Assembly: GCA_001788215.1 (NCBI GenBank)
Contig: MGAO01000037.1
Coordinates: forward strand, 30,273 to 92,495
DNA: 62,223 nucleotides
Reading direction: 5' to 3'
Source of the DNA: Candidatus Roizmanbacteria bacterium RIFCSPLOWO2_01_FULL_40_14
Lineage (GTDB): Bacteria; Patescibacteriota; Microgenomatia; GCA-001788215; 2-01-FULL-40-14
Part shown: one piece after another, positions 9,151 to 17,395 of the stretch
Position numbering within the stretch: position 1 is the stretch's first letter
How the letters are laid out: each line of letters begins with the position of its first letter
The notes under the pieces: model-generated
The model's input: only the letters and a program-made list of their open reading frames with translations
Databases searched by the model: none
Told to the model about the DNA's origin: nothing
Position numbers and translations under genes: made by a program

Positions 9151-9285
9151 TTCCCCGGCGCTTGTGGTGAAATACCATTGTCATCCCCGTGAAAACGGGG
9201 ATCTATAAAAAATAGAAATAATCTGTATAGATTCCCGATCAAGTCGGGAATGACATAAGATACCCGCTTGCCGCGGGGAGTGTCA
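9151..9285. repeat. Cluster of GC-rich hairpin units of the form (G)TCAT-YCCCG-loop-CGGGR-AT in alternating orientation
   Basis: One stem pairs ATCCCCGT (9183-9190) with ACGGGGAT (9195-9202) around a GAAA loop. A second pairs ATTCCCGA (9231-9238) with TCGGGAAT (9244-9251). Together these form a larger imperfect palindrome spanning about 9179-9256. A third unit is CTCCCCGCGGCAAGCGGG (reverse strand, 9264-9281). The block fills the spacer between two minus-strand genes and touches the stop codon at 9283. Confidence 0.65.
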
Positions 9286-10812
9286 TTTTCTTTTCAAAAC
9301 ATATAATGTTGCCCATTCATGTTTTATTTCCGACTCAAATTGCCACTCTTTTAGATTAACTTTCGGATACTCGCGATTGCACAACGGGTCAAAACACATG
9401 ACTTGAATTTCGGTTCTTGAAACAATTTCATCTTGTGTCGGACATGGTTCTTTTTCACAGACTAAATACAACGTATCAAATTCTTCTGATTCAATAGAAA
9501 CCGGTTGAACCCTCTTCTTTAAAAAGAAGAAACGATAATGGAGATCTGAAAATGAGCGTGAATTGATGAGGGTAAATGAAAACGGATCTTGTTCGGCAGA
9601 TTGAATCATGGTTTCGGCCATATCTTCTGTTCGAGACAGATCGTGTTTTCCTTCGGAGAGTATATCACTTTTTGGCAGATAAATCAGAGTAATTACGATC
9701 ACTGCGATAATTGCTGACAAGTAGCTTTTTTTGACAAAAATATGCATATGCCTCATTTTGTCAAGACTAATATGATTTAAAGTTTCAAGTGAAGAGGCTG
9801 TCAGAATAAACAAAAATGGTATGAGAAATCGTGTGTAATGCTCGGGCGGGCTATAAACCGTTCTAGATATAAACGCAATGCTCACGAGTATCACAAATAG
9901 TGCTAGAATCGACCATTTGTTTTTTTGAATCAGAGAAACAATTGCGAGCATTGACAGGATTATTAATGCTATCAAGGGTGGTACTGCAGGAACAAGAAAA
10001 TTAACCAAGTGTTGTATGACGTATAAACTATCAGTTACGTCTGTTTTCAGTGGCGTATCACTTTGTGATGATGCAAATGATAAAAGAGAACGAACATCGG
10101 TCCATTCATTCTGCGATTGGTATCCTAAAAAAGGAGTGAGAAGTACGACGAAAATTAATAATCCAAATATGCTATGCTTGATTAAATCTGAGCGATTTTT
10201 CCGGGATTTTGCATAGGTATATGCCAAAGAAATTCCAGTGAATGACAAGAGAATAATGGTTGAATAATGAAGCTGTACGAGTACTCCCAGTGACGCAAAC
10301 GAAATAGAGAGCCACACGAACTTTTTATTAATAATTGATTTATACAAACTGATCAGTAATACCGTTGTGAAAAAAGGAATGGGAGTAGGATTCCATATTG
10401 TTCTGCTTGCTTGCATAATGAGGGGAGAAACTGTATAGAGAGCTGAAATAGCTGTTGCAACGTTCTTGTTAAATAAGCGAGATATTAATTGATACAGCAA
10501 CATAATCGTTGCCACATCGAGCAAGACCATAAAAACAATCGGACCCAGGGGATTGAATCCTGCCAGAACAAAAGAAGGAGCAATTAAGTAGTAGTAAATT
10601 GGTCCGAGGTGCTGTCCGGTGCTGACGGGAGGCCCAACAAGGGGAATTGTTTTGGTATGCCATGCGTTATAGAGCACCATACTTTCCCGTCCCTGATCTC
10701 CCAAAAATTCAGTCAGTTCATCCACTCTATATATTCGCAAGAAAAAGGCGATAATCAAAATTCCAAACAGTATGGTTGCAGGGCGGTCAAATTTCATATT
10801 TCTTCGCCACAT
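9283..10812 (-). CDS. ArnT/PMT_2-like (GT39/GT83-type) GT-C membrane glycosyltransferase
   Basis: FLRIYRVDELTEFLGDQGRESMVLYNAW...GPPVSTG.HLGPIYYY is typical of the N-terminus of PMT_2-type lipid-carrier-dependent GTs. 509 aa and polytopic. An alternative ATG lies at 10797. Confidence 0.7.
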   Translation of the reverse strand: MWRRNMKFDRPATILFGILIIAFFLRIYRVDELTEFLGDQGRESMVLYNAWHTKTIPLVGPPVSTGQHLGPIYYYLIAPSFVLAGFNPLGPIVFMVLLDVATIMLLYQLISRLFNKNVATAISALYTVSPLIMQASRTIWNPTPIPFFTTVLLISLYKSIINKKFVWLSISFASLGVLVQLHYSTIILLSFTGISLAYTYAKSRKNRSDLIKHSIFGLLIFVVLLTPFLGYQSQNEWTDVRSLLSFASSQSDTPLKTDVTDSLYVIQHLVNFLVPAVPPLIALIILSMLAIVSLIQKNKWSILALFVILVSIAFISRTVYSPPEHYTRFLIPFLFILTASSLETLNHISLDKMRHMHIFVKKSYLSAIIAVIVITLIYLPKSDILSEGKHDLSRTEDMAETMIQSAEQDPFSFTLINSRSFSDLHYRFFFLKKRVQPVSIESEEFDTLYLVCEKEPCPTQDEIVSRTEIQVMCFDPLCNREYPKVNLKEWQFESEIKHEWATLYVLKRK

Positions 10813-10816
10813 TGAT

Positions 10817-10822
10817 TATAAT
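10817..10822 (+). promoter_or_regulatory. Consensus TATAAT box in the 36-bp divergent spacer
   Basis: A perfect TATAAT sits 27 nt upstream of ATG 10849. No clear -35 element is present. A second TATACT lies at 10836-10841. Confidence 0.25.
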
Positions 10823-10848
10823 CTCATAATTACGTTATACTGCACAGT

Positions 10849-11577
10849 ATGGCACGGATAAGCAAACTCAGTATTATTGTTCCCGTTTTTAATGAAGAAA
10901 AAACTATACAAGATATTCTGAAACATTTGTTGGAACTTTCTCTTCCTGACAATATACCATTTGAAATTATAGTAGTAAATGATGGATCTACCGATGGCAC
11001 CTATGAACTGATTTCTCAAATCTCAAAAAAAAATAAAAAGATTAGTCTACTCAATCATGAGCAAAATGAAGGAAAAGGAGCCGCAGTCCGGACCGGAATA
11101 AAAAAGGCAGCCGGTGACTATATTATCATTCAAGATGCAGATCTCGAATATGACCCCCAGTATATTTCAACATTACTGTTAGAGCTTAAAAAGAATGCGA
11201 TTGATGTGGTATATGGAACTCGTCTTCACCGGCTTCCTCATTTAGATAAGGAAGAAAGTCGTGCGCGATTTCTTATACATTATTTCGGTAATCGATTTTT
11301 AAGTCTTATAACCAGCCTGTTGTATGGGCAATGGATTACGGACATGGAGACATGCTACAAACTATTTCCACGATCTGCCGTTGCCAACATGAAACTAGAA
11401 TCACGAGGTTTTGAGTTTGAACCGGAAATTACTGCTAAACTTATGAAACAAAGACATCGTATTCATGAAGTACCTATTACCACGGTTCCGCGTGGTTATG
11501 AAGAAGGGAAAAAACTCAACACCGTACGCGATGGCATTCGAGCATTTCTTACCTTAATTAAATATCGATTTACATAG
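10849..11577 (+). CDS. GT2, DPM1-like polyprenyl-phosphate sugar synthase
   Basis: LSIIVPVFNEE...EIIVVNDGSTDGT...GKGAAVRTG...IIIQDADLEYDP. It is small (242 aa) and soluble, and sits next to GT-C genes. Confidence 0.8.
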   Translation: MARISKLSIIVPVFNEEKTIQDILKHLLELSLPDNIPFEIIVVNDGSTDGTYELISQISKKNKKISLLNHEQNEGKGAAVRTGIKKAAGDYIIIQDADLEYDPQYISTLLLELKKNAIDVVYGTRLHRLPHLDKEESRARFLIHYFGNRFLSLITSLLYGQWITDMETCYKLFPRSAVANMKLESRGFEFEPEITAKLMKQRHRIHEVPITTVPRGYEEGKKLNTVRDGIRAFLTLIKYRFT

Positions 11578-11578
11578 A

Positions 11579-11660
11579 GTCATTGCGAGCGAATATAATA
11601 AGCGAAGCAATCCCTTTCTTGAATACTAGATTGCCACGTTGCTATACTCCTCGCAATGAC
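11579..11660. repeat. Complete ~82-bp palindromic mini-element (MITE/REP-like) with 11-bp terminal inverted repeats
   Basis: GTCATTGCGAG (11579-11589) pairs with CTCGCAATGAC (11650-11660). The internal GAAGCAATC (11604-11612) has a degenerate partner GATTGCC at 11629. The element starts 2 nt after the stop of the GT2 gene. Confidence 0.7.
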
Positions 11661-11672
11661 GATAATAAAAAT

Positions 11673-12944
11673 ATGAAACAGATGAGAATCAACCGTTCAA
11701 TAAAACTCGACAGCATCCTCCTTCTTGCGCTAGCCGTTCCGTTTATTATGACGTACCCGTTACGTGTTGAAGGGACGTCGTATGTTTTATTCACCTCAAT
11801 ATTTATTACCTTACTTCTCTATATTGTTTGTGATCTGTTCGCTCTCTCAAAAAAAACATACGCCATTGTTAAAATAGGATTACTGTCACTCGCGATATTT
11901 CTCATTCTTGGTAGCTCATTTCGTGCCGCCATTATACGGCGGCATCAAATATCACCCGTATTTGAGGTGCATGACATGCCAATTCAGATTGAATTAGGCC
12001 TCCAGTATTTGTTACGTGGAAAAAATCCTTACTCAGAGGATTATGTCGGCACGCCTCTTGAAGAATGGCATTTTGATGATACTGCCACGAATCCGGCCAT
12101 TTACCATTTTGTGATGGGCCCCTTTTATCTTCTGATGTCTATACCGGTGTATCTGGTAAGCAATCGGTTGTTTGGATACTTTGATGCACGATTACCTCTG
12201 TACCTTCTCTATGGAGCACTTATGCTTATGGCTGGATTATTGGTTAAAGATATACACAAAAAACTAGTATTTATTATCTTGCTGGCCTTTAGTCCTGCTA
12301 TTTTAAATTATGTTCTCGAAGGAAGAACTGATGTTGCCGTGCATGCATTTTTGTTTCTCGGGTGGTTTCTGTTATACAAAAATAAATTTATAGCAGGTGG
12401 TATTTCTCTTGCCATTGCGTTTACGATAAAACAGTCAGCATGGCCGCTTTTCCCCTTATACGCAGTATGGTTATTTTCTCAAACACCATCAAAGCAGAGG
12501 ATCCTGTCTCGAATCGGACAAACCATTGTGCAACTGATCCCGTTTACGGTAACATTTACCGCTATAATGCTCCCGTTTTACTTGTGGGATCCCAATAGTT
12601 TTATGGAAGACACAATTTCCTATTTATCAGGAACCATTCCGACAAGTTATCCCATATCCGGATATGGACTGGGAATGCTCCTTTCCGAATTAGGTTTTAT
12701 TACTAACCGGATAGCATACTACCCGTTCATTATTTGGCAAATACTAATCGTTCTGCCCGTACTATTTTTTCTTACCCGCTATCTTATCAAACAACCGACG
12801 GTTAAACGGATGATAGTTTCTTACGGTATTCTCCTCTTTGTCTATTGGTATTTGTCCCGTTATTTCAATAATAGTCATCTTGGATATATTTCATTGGTTT
12901 TTATAACGGCATACTTTTGGCCCGAACATGAAAAAACCGACTAG
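11673..12944 (+). CDS. Polytopic membrane protein, GT87/DUF2029-like putative mannosyltransferase (GT-C)
   Basis: It starts at ATG 11673 (MKQMRINRS). The ORF-track extension from 11583 only translates the palindromic element. GKNPYSEDY...YHFVMGPFYLL and about 11 TM segments resemble DUF2029-type GT-C proteins. This assignment is from memory. Confidence 0.5.
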   Translation: MKQMRINRSIKLDSILLLALAVPFIMTYPLRVEGTSYVLFTSIFITLLLYIVCDLFALSKKTYAIVKIGLLSLAIFLILGSSFRAAIIRRHQISPVFEVHDMPIQIELGLQYLLRGKNPYSEDYVGTPLEEWHFDDTATNPAIYHFVMGPFYLLMSIPVYLVSNRLFGYFDARLPLYLLYGALMLMAGLLVKDIHKKLVFIILLAFSPAILNYVLEGRTDVAVHAFLFLGWFLLYKNKFIAGGISLAIAFTIKQSAWPLFPLYAVWLFSQTPSKQRILSRIGQTIVQLIPFTVTFTAIMLPFYLWDPNSFMEDTISYLSGTIPTSYPISGYGLGMLLSELGFITNRIAYYPFIIWQILIVLPVLFFLTRYLIKQPTVKRMIVSYGILLFVYWYLSRYFNNSHLGYISLVFITAYFWPEHEKTD

Positions 12945-14031
12945 TCGAAAATACGAAATAGGATTATCATTTTTTGAAGGAGTAGGTCCTATTCGATATC
13001 GATCACTTATCAACTATTTTGGTTCTGCTTCAGCGGTGTTTAAAGCATCGGACACCGATTTAATAAAATCAGGATTCGGAGACAATTTTATTGAAAAGTT
13101 CACCTCATTTCGTCAAAAAACAAATCTCAATGCTCTTTCATATGATATTCAAAAAAAGAATATTCAGGTACTTACTCAAGAAGATGATGAATATCCCGAT
13201 TTATTAAAAGAAATTCCCAGCGCTCCTTTTATATTATACGCATTAGGGGATATGTCTTTTTTACATGATGAATTGCCGATTGGAATTGTTGGCACGCGCC
13301 AGCCGACACGTTATGGTATTGAAGTTACCCGGATATTTACTGAAAAATTAGTTCATGCGGGATGTACGATTATTTCAGGTATGGCGATGGGAATAGACGC
13401 AATTGCACATAAGACAGCAATGAATGAGAAAGGAAGAACCGTAGCTGTCTTGGGATGTGGTGTTGATATTTGTTATCCGGCAGTAAATCGAGCCATTTAC
13501 GACCGGCTCAAGACAGACGGGCTTATTATTTCCGAATTTCCACCTGGTATGAGGACCTCAATAGGAGTTTTTCCTTCACGCAATCGAATTATTGCGGGAT
13601 TGTCGCGCGGAGTTTTAGTAACCGAAGGCACCGACAAATCGGGATCATTGATCACTGCGAAAAACGCGGCGGAGTTTGGCCGCGATGTATTTGCTATTCC
13701 CAGTCCCATCACTTCTCAGATGGGTAAAGCAAGTCTCATTCTTATCCAAAACGGTGCTCAAGCAGTAGGAGATGCCAATGATATATTGCAGGAATATTCT
13801 GAAGTGTCGAAGCGTATAGCTCAAGAAACAAAGGCGGCTTCTCTTATATCGTTATCATTCGATGAAAAGCGTATTGTCGGGCTGATTACTCAGGAAGGGT
13901 CAGTGCACGTGGATTCATTGGTGCGAACGATATCAATGTCATCAGCCGAAGTGTTGGCTATTGTTTCACGATTGGAAATGTCCGGAGTTGTATCAGAAAT
14001 AGAAGAGGGCGTCTATACGATTCGAATTTAA
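12928..14031 (+). CDS. dprA: DNA-processing protein DprA (Smf)
   Basis: IGIVGTRQPTRYG...GCTIISGMAMGIDAIAHK...TVAVLGCGVDICYP..N...ISEFPPG......FPSRNRIIAGLS.GVLVTEG...SGSLITA, plus a C-terminal winged-helix-like tail. Confidence 0.9.
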   Translation: MKKPTSRKYEIGLSFFEGVGPIRYRSLINYFGSASAVFKASDTDLIKSGFGDNFIEKFTSFRQKTNLNALSYDIQKKNIQVLTQEDDEYPDLLKEIPSAPFILYALGDMSFLHDELPIGIVGTRQPTRYGIEVTRIFTEKLVHAGCTIISGMAMGIDAIAHKTAMNEKGRTVAVLGCGVDICYPAVNRAIYDRLKTDGLIISEFPPGMRTSIGVFPSRNRIIAGLSRGVLVTEGTDKSGSLITAKNAAEFGRDVFAIPSPITSQMGKASLILIQNGAQAVGDANDILQEYSEVSKRIAQETKAASLISLSFDEKRIVGLITQEGSVHVDSLVRTISMSSAEVLAIVSRLEMSGVVSEIEEGVYTIRI

Positions 14032-14032
14032 T

Positions 14033-15649
14033 ATGAAACCCACATACTTTCTCATTATTGTTATTCTACTTTCCGCCCTGCTCCGTTTTATCAATCTATC
14101 CACCATGCCGCCGAGTCTTTCGTGGGATGAAGTTTCATTCGGATACAACGCATGGTCGATTCTCAAAACAGGAAAGGATGAATATGGAACGCCTTACCCT
14201 TTTTTGTTCCGGGCATTTGATGAATATAAACAGCCGGGTCTTGTATATCTTACTGTAGTATCAGAAGCCATATTTGGACTTAATGAGTTTGCCGTCCGGT
14301 TTCCCGTTGCCATCTCAGGAGTTGGCATTGTGATCTATTTGTATTTGATAGGTAAGAAATTGGTACATGAGAAATTCGGCATCTTGTTTGCATTCTTAGG
14401 TGCTATCAATCCGTGGCTTATTAATTTTTCACGGCAGGGGTTTGAAAGTACGGTCAGCCTTTTTTTTGTTACGGTAGGAATATATTATTTGCTCAACTTT
14501 AAGCAACGAGGTCGCAATTTTCTCATCAGTGCATCGCTAATTGCAATTTCCACCTATTTTTATCATGCGACCCGCATCATAACGCCGATTATTCTAGCTG
14601 CATTTGCGTTTGCGTACAGAAAAGAATTGCTGAAACAAAAAAAAGAAGTATTTCAGGGATTTATCATTGGCTTGATCGTTCTTATTCCCTTGTTCATTTT
14701 CGCTTTTTCAAACCAAGGATTATCCCGTCTTAATCAAGTTTTGTTAACGGACGATGTTGTCTATATTCAAAAACAAGAACGCTATGCCCAGAAAATTCTC
14801 GAGAATAACAATGCGTGGTGGGCGCGCATCGTATATAACCGTAGACGTGCATTTGCTGAAACGGCTACTATTAATTATTTCAGGAATATTCATCCCGTAC
14901 ACGTATTTCAATCGGGGACCATATCAGCAGGTCTTCTGTATCAGTGGGAATTGCCATTCTTTTTGTTCGGTTTATATTATTTGATCAAAGAAAAAAAGAA
15001 GTGGAAGTGGATTGTGTTAACGTGGCTTATTATTCATCCTCTCGCTGGCGCATTTACCAAAGACCAGCCGAATGTACTCAGGACTCTTATTGGTGCTCCG
15101 CCGATGATTATGACGAGTGCCTTAGGAGTCTGGTGGATTTACCACGTCTTAACAAATTATCGATTAAAACTTGTTTTTGCCGGAGTACTTGCTTTAGTCA
15201 TCGTATATTTTTCATATCAGTTTCTCTACAACTATTTTGTGACTGCTCCTGAAACGAGAGCTGTTGATTTTGGAGACGGACACAAACAACTCGCCGCATA
15301 TCTTCAGTCCGAACAGGAAAATTATGATATGATATGGGTAACGGGTGATTACTGGCGTCCGTATATCCATTTGCTATTTCATTTATCAGTTGATCCCGAA
15401 TTCTATCAACAGTCAGGAACACGCGACGGATTTGGTAAATTCAGGTTTGGGAATGCAGATTGGGACACAGAAGGAATTGATTTGCAAAAAGTCTCCTTGG
15501 ACGAACTGATCAAACCTGATTCAAAAACGCTTTTTGTATTGTCGCCGAAGGAATATCAACATCATGTGAGTACGGGTCAGACATTTACAACCACTACTAC
15601 TATTAATGGACTATACGCACGGTATGTTTTTTATGCAGTGACGTTATAA
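14033..15649 (+). CDS. PMT_2/GT39-like GT-C glycosyltransferase (paralogue 1 of 5)
   Basis: LRFINLSTMPPSLSWDEVSFGYNAWSILKTGKDEYG...FDEYKQPGLVYL...EFAVRFP...INPWLINFSRQGFES...YNRRR...APP, with WVTGDYWRPYIHLLF in the C-terminal domain. Confidence 0.75.
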   Translation: MKPTYFLIIVILLSALLRFINLSTMPPSLSWDEVSFGYNAWSILKTGKDEYGTPYPFLFRAFDEYKQPGLVYLTVVSEAIFGLNEFAVRFPVAISGVGIVIYLYLIGKKLVHEKFGILFAFLGAINPWLINFSRQGFESTVSLFFVTVGIYYLLNFKQRGRNFLISASLIAISTYFYHATRIITPIILAAFAFAYRKELLKQKKEVFQGFIIGLIVLIPLFIFAFSNQGLSRLNQVLLTDDVVYIQKQERYAQKILENNNAWWARIVYNRRRAFAETATINYFRNIHPVHVFQSGTISAGLLYQWELPFFLFGLYYLIKEKKKWKWIVLTWLIIHPLAGAFTKDQPNVLRTLIGAPPMIMTSALGVWWIYHVLTNYRLKLVFAGVLALVIVYFSYQFLYNYFVTAPETRAVDFGDGHKQLAAYLQSEQENYDMIWVTGDYWRPYIHLLFHLSVDPEFYQQSGTRDGFGKFRFGNADWDTEGIDLQKVSLDELIKPDSKTLFVLSPKEYQHHVSTGQTFTTTTTINGLYARYVFYAVTL

Positions 15650-15652
15650 AAT

Positions 15653-17392
15653 ATGACAGCTCGAACATCATTATTTGTTCGCTTTCTTAAAACACTCCCT
15701 TGGAAACAGATTCTTCTTTTTACCTTTCTTTTCAGTATATTTCTTCTCAATGCATTTCACGAAGAATATCCTGACGAATATGACAATATCGTCGGCGGGA
15801 AATATATTTTAGAAGGAAGATTGCCCTATCGTGATTGGTTTTCCCACCATCAACCGCTACCGTACTTTTTATCGTCTGGCATACTCGCAGTGACCGGAAT
15901 ATCATTTGTACGTTTTCGAATAGGACTCGCTATTGTCTATTTTCTGATCACTGCTGGATCGTACCTTCTTTTAAAGAAACGAATACAACAATCAAGCCTT
16001 TCATTCTATTTATATTTTTTGTTCACCATTGCTTTCGGCGCGACGTATTATTGGGGAAATATGCTCCTTGCGGATACGCTTTCCGCCTATTTTCTCGCTC
16101 CTGCCATAATTCTTGTATTGGTAAAAGGATATACCCATGAGCCCTTTACCTTGCGTGATCTAATTCTCTATATACTCTATACCTTTCTTGCATGGCTTTC
16201 ATCGATGACGATTACCTATTTGATCGCCGGATTGCATGTGTACGCCGTATATTTATTTATTCGAAACGGAAAAGTTCTATCGAAAAAGTTACTTCTAAAA
16301 AAAGTTGTGCAGATTGCGATGGTATTTGCTATACCCTATATTGTATGGATGCTCTATTTTCTGGTAACAGGCAGTATGAGATCATATTATTTTGATACTA
16401 TTACGTTCAACCAGCAGTATTATATTTATAACTATCCGCTTGAGCCCGGGGGATCGATAAATCCCATTCGGTATGCGCTTATTATTGCCCACGACTTTAT
16501 TAATAATTTTTTTCCGGTTATCGGATCAGTCAAAAATTTGGCGTTTGATTTTCCCTTAGTTAACACATTTGCTATGTCACATATAGCCTTTATGGTAATT
16601 CTGCTCATAACAAGACGATACGTTCTGATATATCCTTATTTGGTATTGTTAGTGTACTCAAATACGCGTAGTAATCCTGCATCAATAGCAGAAACTGATT
16701 ATCAAGTTAACGTATATATTTTCTTATCCATGATTGTGGGTCTCTATTCATTCCAAATTCTAAAACAGCTTCTTGATACTCAAACACTAACCAAATCTTT
16801 TCGGATCCTCGCGGGAAGCGTTTTTGTTTTGCTCAGCGCCTATTGGTTTTTCACGAGTATATTTTTACCACTTAAGTTTTTTCAAAAATTTATGGCAAAG
16901 TACAGCGGACAGTCTCCCCTTATTTATGATCATCCGGAAGTTGCACCGATCGTCAATCAAATCGCAGGAAGTGATGAGTATGCATGGATAGGTCCTCTTG
17001 CGTTTAAAGAATTGCTCTATCTTGATGCCCGACAGCCTTCAAAATATCACTGGTTTTTAAATCACTCGGCGAAATCAGAAAAGATACGATCTGAAATTGT
17101 TTCGGACCTCACGCAGAATCGGCCGAAAGTTATTGTCTTTAATCGTGACTACACGCCCTGGGGAGGAGATGCGGCAAGTTACAATTCGTTTTTTACCGAT
17201 TTTGTGGATGATCATTATTTTAGAATATTTACCCTCAACGAAGAGTTAGATGGCTACGCATATAAATGGAAAATCTCCAGAACACAAAATTTTGACATCG
17301 ACGGTTATTTTTATTTTGATCGAAATAGACAAGACGAGATTATACAAGAACTTCTTGATAAGGGATTAATTGAGCAGGTGGATGTTTCTTAA
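15653..17392 (+). CDS. Uncharacterised polytopic membrane protein, probable GT-C (HHQ-motif family; paralogue of 7562..9130)
   Basis: The first-loop motif EEYPDEYDNIVGGKYILEGRLPYRDWFSHHQPLPYF, about 11 TM segments, and a soluble C-terminal domain of about 170 aa. Confidence 0.5.
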   Translation: MTARTSLFVRFLKTLPWKQILLFTFLFSIFLLNAFHEEYPDEYDNIVGGKYILEGRLPYRDWFSHHQPLPYFLSSGILAVTGISFVRFRIGLAIVYFLITAGSYLLLKKRIQQSSLSFYLYFLFTIAFGATYYWGNMLLADTLSAYFLAPAIILVLVKGYTHEPFTLRDLILYILYTFLAWLSSMTITYLIAGLHVYAVYLFIRNGKVLSKKLLLKKVVQIAMVFAIPYIVWMLYFLVTGSMRSYYFDTITFNQQYYIYNYPLEPGGSINPIRYALIIAHDFINNFFPVIGSVKNLAFDFPLVNTFAMSHIAFMVILLITRRYVLIYPYLVLLVYSNTRSNPASIAETDYQVNVYIFLSMIVGLYSFQILKQLLDTQTLTKSFRILAGSVFVLLSAYWFFTSIFLPLKFFQKFMAKYSGQSPLIYDHPEVAPIVNQIAGSDEYAWIGPLAFKELLYLDARQPSKYHWFLNHSAKSEKIRSEIVSDLTQNRPKVIVFNRDYTPWGGDAASYNSFFTDFVDDHYFRIFTLNEELDGYAYKWKISRTQNFDIDGYFYFDRNRQDEIIQELLDKGLIEQVDVS

Positions 17393-17395
17393 GGT

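Noticed and set aside
9131-9282. Possible CRISPR array or small RNA gene in the 152-bp spacer with repeated GC-rich hairpins
   Set aside because: The units are inverted relative to each other and irregularly spaced, with no repeat-spacer periodicity, so this is not a CRISPR. No tRNA-like cloverleaf or other recognisable RNA family is evident. It is reported as a palindromic repeat cluster instead.
11583-11672. N-terminal 30-aa extension of the GT87-like gene in the ORF track (MRANIISEAIPFLNTRLPRCYTPRNDDNKN)
   Set aside because: This stretch is only the translation of the 82-bp palindromic element. A proper ATG at 11673 is followed directly by the first TM segment.
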